Shown piece after piece: positions 28,128 through 38,961 of a stretch of DNA of 59,341 nucleotides. The notes under the pieces were generated by a model. That model did no database searches and was not told the origin of the DNA. It worked only from the letters and a program-made list of their open reading frames with translations. Every line of letters begins with the position of its first letter. Positions within the stretch are counted from its first letter, which is position 1. This DNA is from Deltaproteobacteria bacterium (GTDB taxonomy: Bacteria > Myxococcota_A > Polyangia > Polyangiales > Houyiibacteriaceae), in assembly GCA_034670305.1 (NCBI GenBank), contig JAXMNT010000046.1, positions 1 through 59,341 on the forward strand, given 5' to 3'. Made by a program: the position numbers and the translations under genes.

Positions 28128-28287
28128 CGAAGCCGAAGCCGAAGCCGAAGCCGAAGCCGAAGCCGATCCCGACTCCGAATCCGAATCCGAAGCCGAATCC
28201 GAAGCCGAAGCCGACGCCGAATCCGACGCCGACTCCGACTCCGCTTCCGCTTCCGCGTCCGCGTCCGCTTCCGCGTCCGCTTCCGTC
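28128..28287 (+). repeat. imperfect hexamer array (CCGAAG/CCGAAT/CCGACT, then CCGCTT/CCGCGT)
   Basis: read directly; between copy A and the convergent EGF gene. Confidence 0.92.
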
Positions 28288-28294
28288 CCTGATC

Positions 28295-29641
28295 TCAGAT
28301 GCGGCGGCGGCGGCCGGCGACGCAGAGGAACAGAAGTACGCCGGCGCCGGGGAGGGCGCCGGTGCCCGTCGTCCGACACTCACACCCGCTGCTGCTGGGC
28401 GGTGGCGTGCCGGGGCCGGCGTCGGTGCCCATCGGGCCTGCGTCGGTGCCCATCGGCCCGGCGTCCGTACCCATCGGTCCGGCGTCCGGGCCGGGGCCGG
28501 CGTCGGGGTCGACGGCGTCGGGGAGACACGTCACTCCGTCGCCGGTGAAGCCGTCGTTGCACGCGCACTCGAAGGTGCCGGCGGTGTTCGTGCAGGTGGC
28601 GTTCGTGTCGCAGTCGTCGGTTCCGTCCGCGCACTCGTCGATGTCCGGACACGTGACGCCGTCGCCCATGAAGCCGTCGTTGCACGCGCAGCTGAAGTCG
28701 CCGTCGCCGTTGGTGCAGGTCGCGTTCTCGTCGCAGTCGTCGGTTGCGGTCAGGCACTCGTCGATGTCCGAACACGCGCCCGCGCCGTCGAGCACGTAGC
28801 CCTCGTCGCAGGGGCAGCTGAAGGTGCCCGGTTCGTTCACGCACATCGCGTGTTCGCCGCAGTCGTAGTCGACGCATTCGTCGATGTCCTCACAGCGGGT
28901 TCCGTTGCCCATGTAGCCCTCGTTGCATTCGCAGGAGAAGCCGGGGACTTCGTTCGTGCAGGTCGCGTTCTCGTCGCAGGCGGTCTCGTCCGCGCACTCG
29001 TCGATGTCGACGCACGCGGCGCCCGCGGTCGGGCACTCGTAGCCGTCGTCGATCTCGCACGAGGAACATCCATCGTCCGCCATGAGGTTGCCGTCGTCGC
29101 ACGCTTCGCCGTCGCCCAGAATGCCGTCGCCACAGCCACCGGTGATCGACGCGAAGTCGATGCGCGCGTCGTTCGCGGCCGTCCTCAGGTCCGTGCCGAT
29201 GTAAACCGTGGTGCTGGCCGCCGTAGCGACGAAGTTCCCCATCACTTGCATGTAGCCCGGCACGATCGTCTCCATCGCGACAAGGGTGCCGGTCCGGTTG
29301 CCCAAGCGGATCTCTGCGAGCCCCCCGTTGCCAGCCACGAAGTACGACACGGTGTAGGTGCCGCCGATGTTGGTCGGGACGGCCTGGGTGATGCCTTCGA
29401 CGTGTCCCGCTTGGGTGCGCGGCGAACGGGCGCCTTCGTAGAGGCCGGGGTCCGTTCCGGTCGCCCAGTAGTCGCAGTCGATGCCGACCGAGCTGGAGTC
29501 GCTGCCCCACCCGGTGGGGGCGGTGTTGTGCGGAAGGGCGGGGCAGTCCTCCATGTCGCCGTTCATGAAGAGGTTCTGCGCGTCCACGGGGGACGCGAAC
29601 GCGACGAGGACGAGGGCACCAAGCGCACGCTGCAAGTTCAT
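28295..29641 (-). CDS. calcium-binding EGF-repeat surface protein with myxobacterial Cys-rich repeat and MYXO-CTERM
   Basis: signal peptide; [16 protein letters not shown]; four DIDEC...C..NA.C.N..G.F.C.C..G(F/Y) repeats; GCECR-TM-RRRR. Confidence 0.9.
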   Translation of the reverse strand: MNLQRALGALVLVAFASPVDAQNLFMNGDMEDCPALPHNTAPTGWGSDSSSVGIDCDYWATGTDPGLYEGARSPRTQAGHVEGITQAVPTNIGGTYTVSYFVAGNGGLAEIRLGNRTGTLVAMETIVPGYMQVMGNFVATAASTTVYIGTDLRTAANDARIDFASITGGCGDGILGDGEACDDGNLMADDGCSSCEIDDGYECPTAGAACVDIDECADETACDENATCTNEVPGFSCECNEGYMGNGTRCEDIDECVDYDCGEHAMCVNEPGTFSCPCDEGYVLDGAGACSDIDECLTATDDCDENATCTNGDGDFSCACNDGFMGDGVTCPDIDECADGTDDCDTNATCTNTAGTFECACNDGFTGDGVTCLPDAVDPDAGPGPDAGPMGTDAGPMGTDAGPMGTDAGPGTPPPSSSGCECRTTGTGALPGAGVLLFLCVAGRRRRI

Positions 29642-29698
29642 GCCGCGGATTCTACATGCGCCGTGAGAACGAGGGAACGAGGCTCAGCGCTGCAGCCC

Positions 29699-30184
29699 TC
29701 AGCGCTGCAGCCAGGCGCGTGCGACTTCGGTGTGCAGCGGGAACGCGAGTTCTTCTTCGGTGCTCGTGAACACCACGATCTCAGTGGTCTCGACCGTGGG
29801 TTCGAAGCCCTCGAGCGCCTTCGGATCGAGCTCGGTGTCGAGCACGCCGAAGATGAGCAGGTTCGAGCCCGCGCTGTGCACGGCGCGCAGCTCGTAGCCC
29901 TGAGCCGGTGTGTCGATGCCGGTCTCTTCGAGCAGCTCGCGGGCGCAGGCGTCTTGCCAGGTCTCGTCGAAGTCGACGAAACCGCCGGGGAGGGCGAGTT
30001 TGCCGACCTCCGGCTCGATGCCGCGTCGGATGGTGAGCAGGCCGCCCCCGGTCATGGGGATCAGCGCGACGGCGACCGGCGTCGGGTTGCGGTAGGTCAT
30101 GGCGCCGCATTCATCGCAAGCGCGCGGCCAGGCGTCGTTGCCGTAGGCGGAACCACAATGGTGGCAGTGAACGAAAGCAGTCAT
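29699..30184 (-). CDS. NUDIX hydrolase with N-terminal zinc ribbon
   Basis: CHHCG...CDECG, YRNP, Nudix box [23 protein letters not shown]. Confidence 0.92.
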   Translation of the reverse strand: MTAFVHCHHCGSAYGNDAWPRACDECGAMTYRNPTPVAVALIPMTGGGLLTIRRGIEPEVGKLALPGGFVDFDETWQDACARELLEETGIDTPAQGYELRAVHSAGSNLLIFGVLDTELDPKALEGFEPTVETTEIVVFTSTEEELAFPLHTEVARAWLQR

Positions 30185-30310
30185 CGCGAAGAACACTACC
30201 AGGCGCGTTCGCCCTTCGCTGAGGTTCTCACGGCTGCCGTCCTGCCTGCGCCGTCCTGCGCCTGCGCCGACTTCCCCGCGTCGGCGGCCAAGGGGTGCTA
30301 GGAGAAGGCG

Positions 30311-30730
30311 ATGAACATCCTCTTCCTCTGCGTCGCGAACTCGGCCCGAAGTCAGATGGCGGAAGCGCTGGCGCGGGCGCGGTTCGGGGACCGGGCGACG
30401 GTGCAAAGCGCGGGCTCGCTGCCCTCGCGGGTGAACCCGTTCGCGCTCGCGGTCATGGCGGAGCGCGGCGTCTCGATGGAGGGCCACGCGTCCAAGTCGG
30501 TGGACTCGATCGATCCCGCGACCGTGGATCTCGTGATCACACTCTGCGCCGAAGAGGTGTGTCCGGTGTTCCTCGGCAAGGCGCGTCGGCTGCACTGGCC
30601 GTTCCCCGATCCGGCGCCGCCGGGGGCGGACGACGTGAAGCGGGAACTCGTGATGGGGCGGTTCCGCGAGGCCGCAGATGGCATCGACGCGAAGCTGGCG
30701 GCACTCGAGTCCGAGCTGCCAGCCGGTTGA
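30311..30730 (+). CDS. arsC: arsenate reductase / LMW-PTP family
   Basis: [16 protein letters not shown]-loop, [26 protein letters not shown] upstream. Confidence 0.85.
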   Translation: MNILFLCVANSARSQMAEALARARFGDRATVQSAGSLPSRVNPFALAVMAERGVSMEGHASKSVDSIDPATVDLVITLCAEEVCPVFLGKARRLHWPFPDPAPPGADDVKRELVMGRFREAADGIDAKLAALESELPAG

Positions 30731-30747
30731 GGATTGCTCGAGCCGCC

Positions 30748-31302
30748 TCAGGCGGGGTGGCAGCGCCAAAACGTGAAGGTGACCTCGTCGTCGACTCGGC
30801 GTTCTTCGTCGATGACGAACCCCGCCGCTTCGCACGCAGCCCGGAAGGCGACGCACGAGCCATCGTGCTGCGGCACGCTCGCGTCCTTGAGCGCCGCAAA
30901 GGTTCCGCCCGACCGCAGCACCCGGCGCACCTCGGCCATGCCGGCGGCGTGGTCGGTCCAGTGGTCGAACGTGTCGAACGCAATCACGAAGTCCGCGAAG
31001 TCGTCGTCGACCGGAAGCGCTTTGGCGTGGCCGAGCCGGAAGTCGAACCGGTCGCGCGCAGGGTGCTCCGCACACCACTCCTTGGCGATCTCCAACATGC
31101 GCGGCAGCGGGTCCACACCGACGAGCGCGCCCGACGTGACCCGCACCGACGCATGTCGCAGCGCTTCCCCAGTGCCGGGCCCGATGTCGACGACGTTGCT
31201 GTCCGGTTGGAGATCGAGCGCCTCGATCCCAAGCCGATTGGTGGCGTACGCGCCGTACTTCTCTGCGTACCAATCACAGGCTTCGATGGTCCATTTCGTC
31301 AT
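30748..31302 (-). CDS. class I SAM-dependent methyltransferase
   Basis: VDIGPGTG, GVDP...ML, FDHW.D...EVRRVLRSGG. Confidence 0.85.
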   Translation of the reverse strand: MTKWTIEACDWYAEKYGAYATNRLGIEALDLQPDSNVVDIGPGTGEALRHASVRVTSGALVGVDPLPRMLEIAKEWCAEHPARDRFDFRLGHAKALPVDDDFADFVIAFDTFDHWTDHAAGMAEVRRVLRSGGTFAALKDASVPQHDGSCVAFRAACEAAGFVIDEERRVDDEVTFTFWRCHPA

Positions 31303-31369
31303 GCAGGAATCGTTGCGCACGAGAGGGCGGGTTGGCCAACTCATTGTGAGGGTGCGCTACCTTCGGCCG

Positions 31370-32485
31370 ATGTCTTCGGTGGCGTTCGAGATCGATGCAC
31401 CCCCGGTCGCCTTCTTTCACTCCAACCCGTACGCCGTGGTCTTCTCGCCGAACGGCTCGCGGTTGGCGGTGGGCACGGGCGGTTGGTACGGAGGCGGCGG
31501 GGTTTCGCTCGTGGACCTGCAGACGGGGAGGGACACCACGGTTCGATTCGTCGTTCCCATGCACGCCGAGGGCGTGGTGGTGGCGCCTTTTGACTGGGGC
31601 GAGCGCCCTCTGACCATCTCGGGGGTGGCCTTCGATGCGTCTGGCGATTTTCTCTCGGCGTGCGCTTGGTCGAGCGGCCAGCGTCCGGCACCCGCGTTCC
31701 TCTTTGGGGTGGCAGAGAACACACTGGAGCATCTGGAGACCTTTCCCCCGCCCCCTCCGCCCGACCCCATCTTTGACATCTGTACGACCGGACTGTGTTT
31801 CTTGAGCGGCCGCCTCCACCTTCGTCACAACGCACGTCGACTCGACCAGGTCTTCTCGTCAGTGGCCCTGCCCGCGGACGTGGACACGGCAGTGCGCCAT
31901 GGTCATCGCGCCCACCGTCGCGTGGCGTGCGCGGGAGAGGAGTTGATCACCGGTGGAGGAGGCTCGCTGAAGCTTGGTGGGTGGAGCTCTCTGGAGGGCG
32001 AGACGGAAGCGTTCAAAGCTGCGCCAGGGTTGGTGGTAGGCCCGACCGCTCGCCAGGTCGCTGCACCCAGTGCGCGGGTCACCGCGGTCCTCGCCCGCCC
32101 GGATGGAAAGTTGGTCACCGGCGGACTGGAAGGCGAGGTCGTGCTCTGGGAACGCGAAGAGGAATGGCGTCCGGTGAAGCGGCTCCGGGGAGAGACCAAG
32201 CGGGAGCGGCCGACGGGCGACGGCGCGTGGGCGACTTACCACCCGGAAAGTGTGGTGGGGCTGTGTGCACTCGAAGACGGCCGGTTCTTCTCGGTCGATG
32301 CGAGCGGCGAAGTCCTCGAGTGGCATGGCGATTCGGTCGCGCGTTCCCACGTCCTCCCGCGACCCGGCACACCGCGCTGTATTGCCGTGCATCCGGAGAC
32401 GCCGCACGGGCCGCTGCTCGCGGTCGGGGTGAAGGTTGACCATCCGCCGGACCATCGCGGGTACGTGGCGTGCTTCTCGGTGTAG
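31370..32485 (+). CDS. WD40-like beta-propeller protein
   Basis: VFSPNGSRLAVG, AFDASGDFL, RPDGKLVTGGLEGEVVLW. Confidence 0.7.
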   Translation: MSSVAFEIDAPPVAFFHSNPYAVVFSPNGSRLAVGTGGWYGGGGVSLVDLQTGRDTTVRFVVPMHAEGVVVAPFDWGERPLTISGVAFDASGDFLSACAWSSGQRPAPAFLFGVAENTLEHLETFPPPPPPDPIFDICTTGLCFLSGRLHLRHNARRLDQVFSSVALPADVDTAVRHGHRAHRRVACAGEELITGGGGSLKLGGWSSLEGETEAFKAAPGLVVGPTARQVAAPSARVTAVLARPDGKLVTGGLEGEVVLWEREEEWRPVKRLRGETKRERPTGDGAWATYHPESVVGLCALEDGRFFSVDASGEVLEWHGDSVARSHVLPRPGTPRCIAVHPETPHGPLLAVGVKVDHPPDHRGYVACFSV

Positions 32486-32511
32486 CGGGGCGACTCCGAA
32501 GGAGAGCATGG

Positions 32512-32865
32512 GCCGTCGCTGGTTCTGCAGCTGAGCCTGTGCTGATTCTGTAGCTGTCGCTGTCGCTGATTCTGTAGCTGCCTCTGCCTCTGCCTCTGTC
32601 TCTGCCTCTGCCTCTGCCTCTGCCTCTGCCTCTGCCTCTGCCTCTGCCTCTGCCTCTGCCTCTGCCTCTGCCTCTGCCTCTGCCTCTGCCTCTGCCTCTG
32701 CCTCTGTCTCTGCCTCTGCCTCTGCCTCTGCCTCTGCCTCTGCCTCTGCCTCTGCCTCTGCCTCTGCCTCTGCCTCTGCCTCTGCCTCTGCCTCTGCCTC
32801 TGCTTCTGCTTCTGCTTCTGGACCCGACACTCGGGCACGGGCACGGGCACGGGCACGGGCACGGG
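32512..32865. repeat. compound hexamer array: degenerate CTGNNN lead-in, (CTGCCT)x37 including two CTGTCT variants, (CTGCTT)x3, then (CGGGCA)x5
   Basis: read directly; preceded by TCCGAAGGA at 32495-32503. Confidence 0.95.
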
Positions 32866-32935
32866 TTCTTCGGCATCGCTTGTCCTTCAGCGGTTCTGCT
32901 TGTCCGGCACCCGTGTTGCTGGTTGACTGCTGCCG

Positions 32936-33415
32936 GTGAAAGAAAAGCATGTCCGGATCCGCATCGAGCAGTGTCTGGCGCTCGCCAAAGCGTCGAACTG
33001 TCCGCGCCGCACGTTCGGTGCGCTCCTGCTCGACCCGGTGCGCAACGTGGTGCTCATGGACGGGTACAACGGCGGGCCCCGCGGCGGCGGTCACCTGTGC
33101 GGTGGCGACGTGTGTCTGCGGGACACGATGGAGATCAAGTCCGGCACCCGCATGGAGATCGGCTGCCACCACGCGGAGATGAACGTGGTCTGCAACGCGG
33201 CGGCGAGTGGGGTCGCCACCGCCGGGGCGTGGCTCATCGTGACGGGTGAGCCCTGCACGATGTGCGCGAAGCTTCTGCACCACGCGGGCATCACGCGCGT
33301 GATCATCGTCGAGGGCGGCTACATGGGCGCGAACGGGGTGCAGTACCTCGAAGCGCACGGCGTCGAAGTCATCGCGGTCGAAGGGCCGAAAGACCCGCGC
33401 CTCTCGCAGGTCTGA
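32936..33415 (+). CDS. dCMP deaminase family protein
   Basis: GYNG, HAEMN, PCTMCAK zinc motifs. Confidence 0.92.
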   Translation: MKEKHVRIRIEQCLALAKASNCPRRTFGALLLDPVRNVVLMDGYNGGPRGGGHLCGGDVCLRDTMEIKSGTRMEIGCHHAEMNVVCNAAASGVATAGAWLIVTGEPCTMCAKLLHHAGITRVIIVEGGYMGANGVQYLEAHGVEVIAVEGPKDPRLSQV

Positions 33416-33484
33416 TCACCTGCATGCGATGCATCTTCATGAAGGGCACGCGTTCGATGAACGGCGCACTGTGAACGGCACAGC

Positions 33485-35551
33485 ATGAGCCGGTCACCCA
33501 CCGAACAAGACGCGCTCTGGCTCGGCATCGCGCAGTTCGTCTGCAGCATCGCGGTGCTCACGCCGGTGTGGTCGCCGGAGCTCTTGCCGCTGCTCGACTG
33601 GCCGCAGCACGAAGCGATGGTGCGCGCGCTCGCGGATGTGACCACGGAACCGTTCCGCCCCTACTACGCGTTCGAACCCCAGCTGAGCACCTACCTCGGC
33701 TTCTACGGCGTCGGCGCGTTGCTCGCCAAGGGCATCGGGGTCGAGGCGGCGCTGCGGGTGCTCGTCTCGCTCGCGTTCGTCGGCACGCCGCTGGCGCTCG
33801 AGCGGCTGCTCAAGGTCTTGAAACGTTCGCCCTGGGCGAGCTTGCTCGCGTTCCCGATCGTCTTCTCGTGGCCCTTCTACATGGGCTTCGGCGCGTACGT
33901 GCTCGCGGTGCCGCTCGCGCTCTGGACCATCGCCGCGTGCGTGCGCCACGCCGAGTCGGACGCGCCGCAGATCGGGCGCATCGAAGTCGTCGTCAGCTCC
34001 ACGCTGCTCTTCCTCACCCACGCGCTCGCCTTCGGCGCGGCGCTCTTGGTCGCTGGCCTGGCGCTGGCCATCTTTCATCACTGGGTGCGCTACAAACGCC
34101 TCGCGCGTGTCGCGTTGGCACTCGTGCCTTCGTTGCTCTGTTTCGGGTGGTGGTTCGGGACCAACTTCGGCGCGCAGCACGAAGACCGGCTCGGTGCGGC
34201 GACCGCATCGGTGCACGCACAGGGTGGCGGCGGGACCGAGTTCGAGAGCTTCGAGCGCAAGGTCGCGGACCTGCCGATGTGGTTCAACGAAGCGTTCCGG
34301 GACGAGAGCGACCGGCAGATCCTGGACGGCTGGCTCGTCGCGCTGGGGCTCGTGTTCTTCGTCGGCTTCTTGTCCGCGATGTGGCGGCGCAAGAAGGGGG
34401 TGCGCGACATCCCCTGGCAGACCTGGGTCGTTGGGCTGCTCCTGATGATGCTGTACTGGGTGATGCCGATGAGCGCGGCGAACATCTGGGCGATCAGCCC
34501 GCGCATGATCCTGTTCGGCGCCTGCGGTCTCGCGCTGCTCGTGCCGAACCCGCCCGGCCGCTACTGGCAGAACGCGCTCACGTACGCGCCCGTGGTCGCG
34601 CTGACCTGTTGGGTGGGCTGGGTGAACCACCAGAAGTTCGGTTCGATGGACGAGGACGCACGCAACCTCGAAGCGACCCTGGCCGAAGCGGAACCGGGGC
34701 AGCGGCTCTACGGATTGATGTACCACCCGGCGTCCGCAGAGCTCTCCCAGGCGGTGATGTTGCACTGGGGCTCCTACTACATGGCGCAGCGGGGTGGACT
34801 GACGGGTTTCACGTTCATCAACAGCCCGACCGTGCCGCTCCGGCTGCGCACCGTCGGCTCGAGCCCGTACCCGGGGCGCCGCGGCGAGTGGGAACACGCG
34901 CGGTTTCGGTACGATCTCTACGGGGACTTCTACGACTACTTCCTGACCCACGGCAGCACCAACCTCGGGCCGCGCATCGGTGCGCCGCGTGGCGCCATCG
35001 AACAGGTGACCAACCACGGGCGGTTCTCGCTCTGGCGCAACACCCAGCCGCGGCGCACCGTCGCGTACTCGTTTCGGGAGAACGTGCACCACGCGGTCGC
35101 GTACGTGGGCACCGGGGAAGGGCGGACCGCGTGCGCGCCCTGGGCCGACGGCCGGCTCCAGTGTCCGAACGAGGAGTGGACGTGGGTCGGGCCGAGCGAG
35201 CAGACCTTCGACGGCATCGTCGTGCCCTGCACGTGGGCGCATCCGGTCGCTGGGGAGCCGCTCGAGATCGTGTACGACGCGGTGCCGCCGGGCGACGTCA
35301 TCGTCGGGTTCGCGGGGGTCGCCGACAGTGGCCAAGCCGCGCGGGCGGCGGACGTCGATCTCGCGGTCCGCATCGGGGAGCTGCGGGTGCCGGTGATCTC
35401 GGTGGGGTCGAACCGTGGCTACCGGCGCTTCGAGATGCCGATGCCCCAGAGCGACCAGGCGCAGCGGGTGACGTTCCGAATCACCGCCGAGAGCGACGCG
35501 GCGCGCCACTACTGCTTTGGTGCCACGTTGTTCCACGAAGCGTCCGACTGA
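33485..35551 (+). CDS. polytopic membrane protein, possible GT-C-type glycosyltransferase
   Basis: PLLDWPQH N-terminal loop, ~10 TM segments, soluble C-terminal domain; adjacent to polysaccharide genes. Confidence 0.6.
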   Translation: MSRSPTEQDALWLGIAQFVCSIAVLTPVWSPELLPLLDWPQHEAMVRALADVTTEPFRPYYAFEPQLSTYLGFYGVGALLAKGIGVEAALRVLVSLAFVGTPLALERLLKVLKRSPWASLLAFPIVFSWPFYMGFGAYVLAVPLALWTIAACVRHAESDAPQIGRIEVVVSSTLLFLTHALAFGAALLVAGLALAIFHHWVRYKRLARVALALVPSLLCFGWWFGTNFGAQHEDRLGAATASVHAQGGGGTEFESFERKVADLPMWFNEAFRDESDRQILDGWLVALGLVFFVGFLSAMWRRKKGVRDIPWQTWVVGLLLMMLYWVMPMSAANIWAISPRMILFGACGLALLVPNPPGRYWQNALTYAPVVALTCWVGWVNHQKFGSMDEDARNLEATLAEAEPGQRLYGLMYHPASAELSQAVMLHWGSYYMAQRGGLTGFTFINSPTVPLRLRTVGSSPYPGRRGEWEHARFRYDLYGDFYDYFLTHGSTNLGPRIGAPRGAIEQVTNHGRFSLWRNTQPRRTVAYSFRENVHHAVAYVGTGEGRTACAPWADGRLQCPNEEWTWVGPSEQTFDGIVVPCTWAHPVAGEPLEIVYDAVPPGDVIVGFAGVADSGQAARAADVDLAVRIGELRVPVISVGSNRGYRRFEMPMPQSDQAQRVTFRITAESDAARHYCFGATLFHEASD

Positions 35552-35665
35552 GCCCGCCCCCGCGACCAGGGAGAAGAGGCGGTTGAGGGGCCCTTCCGAA
35601 GGTGCCAAGCTCTGCCGCCGTCGCGTTTTCCCGCTTCGCCAGGTCGATTCTCTCGGCATTTCCGT

Positions 35666-37972
35666 ATGTCTTCCCACCCCTTCTCTCAGAGCCCGTCCGC
35701 CTCCGAGCACCCGCGGCCGGAACTCTCCGTCATCGTGCCCTGCTTCAACGAGGAGCTGAACCTCGCGGAGCTGTCCCGGCGCGTGCTGCGGACCTTCGAA
35801 CACGGGGAGATCGCTGGGGAGCTCGTGCTGGTCGACGACGGCTCGAGCGACCAGACCGCGGAGGTCATCCGGAAGCTCGCCGAGAGCGACGCGCAGATCA
35901 CCGGCGCGTACCACCCACAGAACCGGGGCATCTCGGCGGCGTGGCGCACCGGTCTCGAAGCATCTTCGGGGCGCACGGTCGCGATCATCGACGCGGACTT
36001 GCAGTACCAGCCGGAAGACGTGCTGCGGCTGCACCGGACGCTGCTCGAGACCCAGGTCGACGTCGTGCAAGGCTGGCGCAGTCCGGTCGGGCGTGAGCGC
36101 GGTCAGCGCTACTGGATCAGCCGCGGCTTCAACACCCTGCTCAACGCGACGTTCGGCATGTCGCTGCAGGACAACAAGAGCGGCTTCGTGTGCTGTGCGC
36201 GCGAAGTGCTCGCGGATCTGCTGACCTTCGACGGGGCGTACCGCTACTGGCAGTCGTTCATCATGGTCGCGGCGCACGCCAAGGGCTACGAGTACCGCGA
36301 GGTCGAGACCCTCTTCGAGCCGCGCAAAGCAGGCACCTCGTTCCTGGACGGCGCGCGCACGCTGCAGGTCTCCGCCGAGAGCATCACCGACCTCGCCAAA
36401 GCCGCGTTCGAGTACGGCATCAAGAAGCGCGCGCGCGACCCGGCGGAGAGTTTTCTTCGGCGGCATCCTGTCGATGCGCCGCCCGCGCCGTCGCCGCGCA
36501 AACACCCGGTCCGCTGGCGCACGTACATGTCGACGTTCGAGCAGACCCACTGGATGATCACCCGCAACGTCGAGCGGCACTACGAGACGTTGAACAAGAC
36601 CCAGTGGCTCGACGGCGACCAGCTGAAGGAGCTGCAGGACGAGAAGCTGCGGCGGCTCGTGCGGCATGCGTGGCGCAACGTGCCGTTCTACCGGCAGCGC
36701 ATGAAGGACGCCGGGCTGCGGCCCGAAGACATCCACGGCCAGGCGGATCTCGCGCGCCTTCCGTACCTGACGAAGGACGACGTTCGGGAGAACCTCTACT
36801 TCGACATCCGCGCCGAGAACATGGACCACCGCGAGGTGCTGCGGATCGCGACGAGCGGCAGCACCGGTCGGCCCTTCGTGTGTTTCGCGGACCGGCAGCA
36901 GCTCGAGTTCCGCTGGGCGGCGACCCTGCGCTCGCAGGAGTGGACCGGCTACGTGTGGGGCGACCCGACGGTGCGGCTCTGGCACCAGACGCTCGGCATG
37001 ACGAGCAAACAGGCATTCCAAGAGCGTGCGGACGCGGCGCTCTCGAACCGGTCGTTCGTGCCGATCTTCGAGATGAAAGAAGACGGGCTCGACGACATGG
37101 TGCGGGTGCTCGACCGGGTGAAGCCGGTGCTCGTCGATGGCTACGCCGAGGCGTTCGATTTTCTCGCGCGCTACATCCGCGAACACGGCGGCGCGACGAG
37201 CCTCGGCCACACGCCGCGTGCGCTCATGAGCAGCGCCCAGAGTCTGCCCGCGCACTCGCGCGCGAAGATCGAAGAAGCGTTCGGCTGTAAGGTGTTCGAC
37301 AAGTACGGCAGCCGCGAGTTCAGCGGCATCGCCTACGAGTGCGACGCGCACGCCGGCCACCACGTCGTCAGCGAGGGGTACATCGTCGAGATCCTCGTCG
37401 ACGGCCGCCCCGCGCTTCCGGGGGAGACCGGCGAGCTCGTGATCACGGATCTGAACAACTATGCGATGCCGTTTCTCCGCTACCGCATCGGCGACCTGGC
37501 GGTGGCGATGGCCGACGAGCCGTGCGCGTGTGGCCGCGGCGCCCCCCGCATCGGCGAGATCCACGGGCGGGTGCAGGCGATCATCCAGGGCACCGACGGC
37601 CGCTACGTGCCGGGCACGTTCTTCCCGCACCTGCTCAAGGACTACGAGTTCGCCATCGAACGGTTCCAGATCGTGCAGGACGCGCCCGGCGCCATCCGGC
37701 TGCGCATCGTGCGCGGCGGCCGCTACTCCGACACCGTGCTCGAAGAGGTGAAGACCAAGGTGCGCGATCATCTGGGCGACGACCTTCGGATCGAAGTCGA
37801 ACACATCGAGAAGGTGGAGATGGTCCGCACCGGCAAGCGCATGACCAGCGTGAGCACGCTGCAGGTCGACTTCCAGGCGGACGCGCCCGCGCGCTCGGAG
37901 TCCGTCGTGGTGGGCGAGGGCACGCTGCCGACCGAAGCCGAAGGGCCCAACGCCGGCGGTTCGAACGCGTGA
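35666..37972 (+). CDS. GT2 glycosyltransferase fused to a PaaK/CapK-like adenylate-forming domain
   Basis: SVIVPCFNE, VDDGSSD, DADLQY; then TSGSTG, YGSRE, RYRIGD, GR. Confidence 0.88.
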   Translation: MSSHPFSQSPSASEHPRPELSVIVPCFNEELNLAELSRRVLRTFEHGEIAGELVLVDDGSSDQTAEVIRKLAESDAQITGAYHPQNRGISAAWRTGLEASSGRTVAIIDADLQYQPEDVLRLHRTLLETQVDVVQGWRSPVGRERGQRYWISRGFNTLLNATFGMSLQDNKSGFVCCAREVLADLLTFDGAYRYWQSFIMVAAHAKGYEYREVETLFEPRKAGTSFLDGARTLQVSAESITDLAKAAFEYGIKKRARDPAESFLRRHPVDAPPAPSPRKHPVRWRTYMSTFEQTHWMITRNVERHYETLNKTQWLDGDQLKELQDEKLRRLVRHAWRNVPFYRQRMKDAGLRPEDIHGQADLARLPYLTKDDVRENLYFDIRAENMDHREVLRIATSGSTGRPFVCFADRQQLEFRWAATLRSQEWTGYVWGDPTVRLWHQTLGMTSKQAFQERADAALSNRSFVPIFEMKEDGLDDMVRVLDRVKPVLVDGYAEAFDFLARYIREHGGATSLGHTPRALMSSAQSLPAHSRAKIEEAFGCKVFDKYGSREFSGIAYECDAHAGHHVVSEGYIVEILVDGRPALPGETGELVITDLNNYAMPFLRYRIGDLAVAMADEPCACGRGAPRIGEIHGRVQAIIQGTDGRYVPGTFFPHLLKDYEFAIERFQIVQDAPGAIRLRIVRGGRYSDTVLEEVKTKVRDHLGDDLRIEVEHIEKVEMVRTGKRMTSVSTLQVDFQADAPARSESVVVGEGTLPTEAEGPNAGGSNA

Positions 37973-38961
37973 CCGACCATCCGCGCATTCGCACGCGGGC
38001 AGACGGCCAACGGATCCTGGTGACCGGCAGCGAAGGCTTCGTCGGGCACCACCTGCGGGCGGCGATCGAAGCGCGTGGCGCGGAGTGCGTCGGCGTGGAC
38101 CTTCCGGGCAGCGGGGCCGAACTCGAAGTCGATCTCTCAGCGCCGGACTTCGACCCGGCCGGTTTGGCGAAGTTGGCCGGCGACGTCGATCTGGTGATCT
38201 ACATGGCGGCGAAGATCACCCGCGGCTCGAGCGTCGATGCCGATGCGCGGAACAACCTGCGGGCGATCGCGGAAGCCCCGGCGCGGCTCATCGAAGCGCT
38301 CCCGAAGAACGACGTGCATCTCGTCTTGTGCAGCACCTTCAAGATGTACGGGCCGCCCGACCACGACGGACCGATCGATCCTTCGAACCCGCCGCAGTCG
38401 CCGGACCCGCACAGCTACGGCTCGGCGAAGTTCCTCGCGGAGCGCCTGATGGAGATCTCTTCGGCGAGGCACGGTCACCGGTTCGCGGTGGTGCGGCCCT
38501 CGTGCATCTACGGACCGGGACAGCATGCGCACAACGCGATCCCTCGGTTCCTTCGCGCGCTGATCGATGGCGATCCGCCGATGCTCTTCGGTGAGGGGTC
38601 GAGCGTGCGGGACGATGTGCTTGCCGCGGACCTGTCGTGGTTGATGGTGGAGGCGGGGCTGCAGAAGGCGGAAGGCGCGTACCACGCGGCCGGCGAGTGT
38701 TCGCGCTCCGTGCGCGAGGTCGCCGAGCTCTGCTGTGAGGTGGCGGCCGAAGAAGGGCTCGAGACGCGGACGCCGACGTTCGACACGTCCCGCGCGCCGA
38801 AGTGGTGGATCGACCAGGACTTCGACCTCGGGTCTTCGAAGACGCTCGGCTACGCGCCGACCCCCCTCCGTGAAGGGCTGCGGGCCCAGCTGCGTTGGAC
38901 CCGCGCCGGTTCCGATCCCTCGAAGACGGCATCGTTCGTCTCGCCCACGAGGGACCTGTGA
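37969..38961 (+). CDS. NAD-dependent epimerase/dehydratase
   Basis: GTGA overlap; TGSEGFVG, YGSAK, IYGPG. Confidence 0.9.
   Translation: MTDHPRIRTRADGQRILVTGSEGFVGHHLRAAIEARGAECVGVDLPGSGAELEVDLSAPDFDPAGLAKLAGDVDLVIYMAAKITRGSSVDADARNNLRAIAEAPARLIEALPKNDVHLVLCSTFKMYGPPDHDGPIDPSNPPQSPDPHSYGSAKFLAERLMEISSARHGHRFAVVRPSCIYGPGQHAHNAIPRFLRALIDGDPPMLFGEGSSVRDDVLAADLSWLMVEAGLQKAEGAYHAAGECSRSVREVAELCCEVAAEEGLETRTPTFDTSRAPKWWIDQDFDLGSSKTLGYAPTPLREGLRAQLRWTRAGSDPSKTASFVSPTRDL

Noticed and set aside
31859-33358. ORFs with (AE)n, (RQ)n, (RG)n, (SA)n, (PK)n dipeptide runs, here and at the other arrays
   Set aside because: By-products of stop-free period-6 repeats; they overlap real genes on the opposite strand
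35595-35603. TCCGAAGGT near-match to the array anchor motif
   Set aside because: The last base differs and no array follows
33494-37804. Very long antisense ORFs (1436 aa here; also 44574-47900, 53057-56110, 19912-22524)
   Set aside because: Shadow ORFs of high-GC genes, with no recognisable motifs
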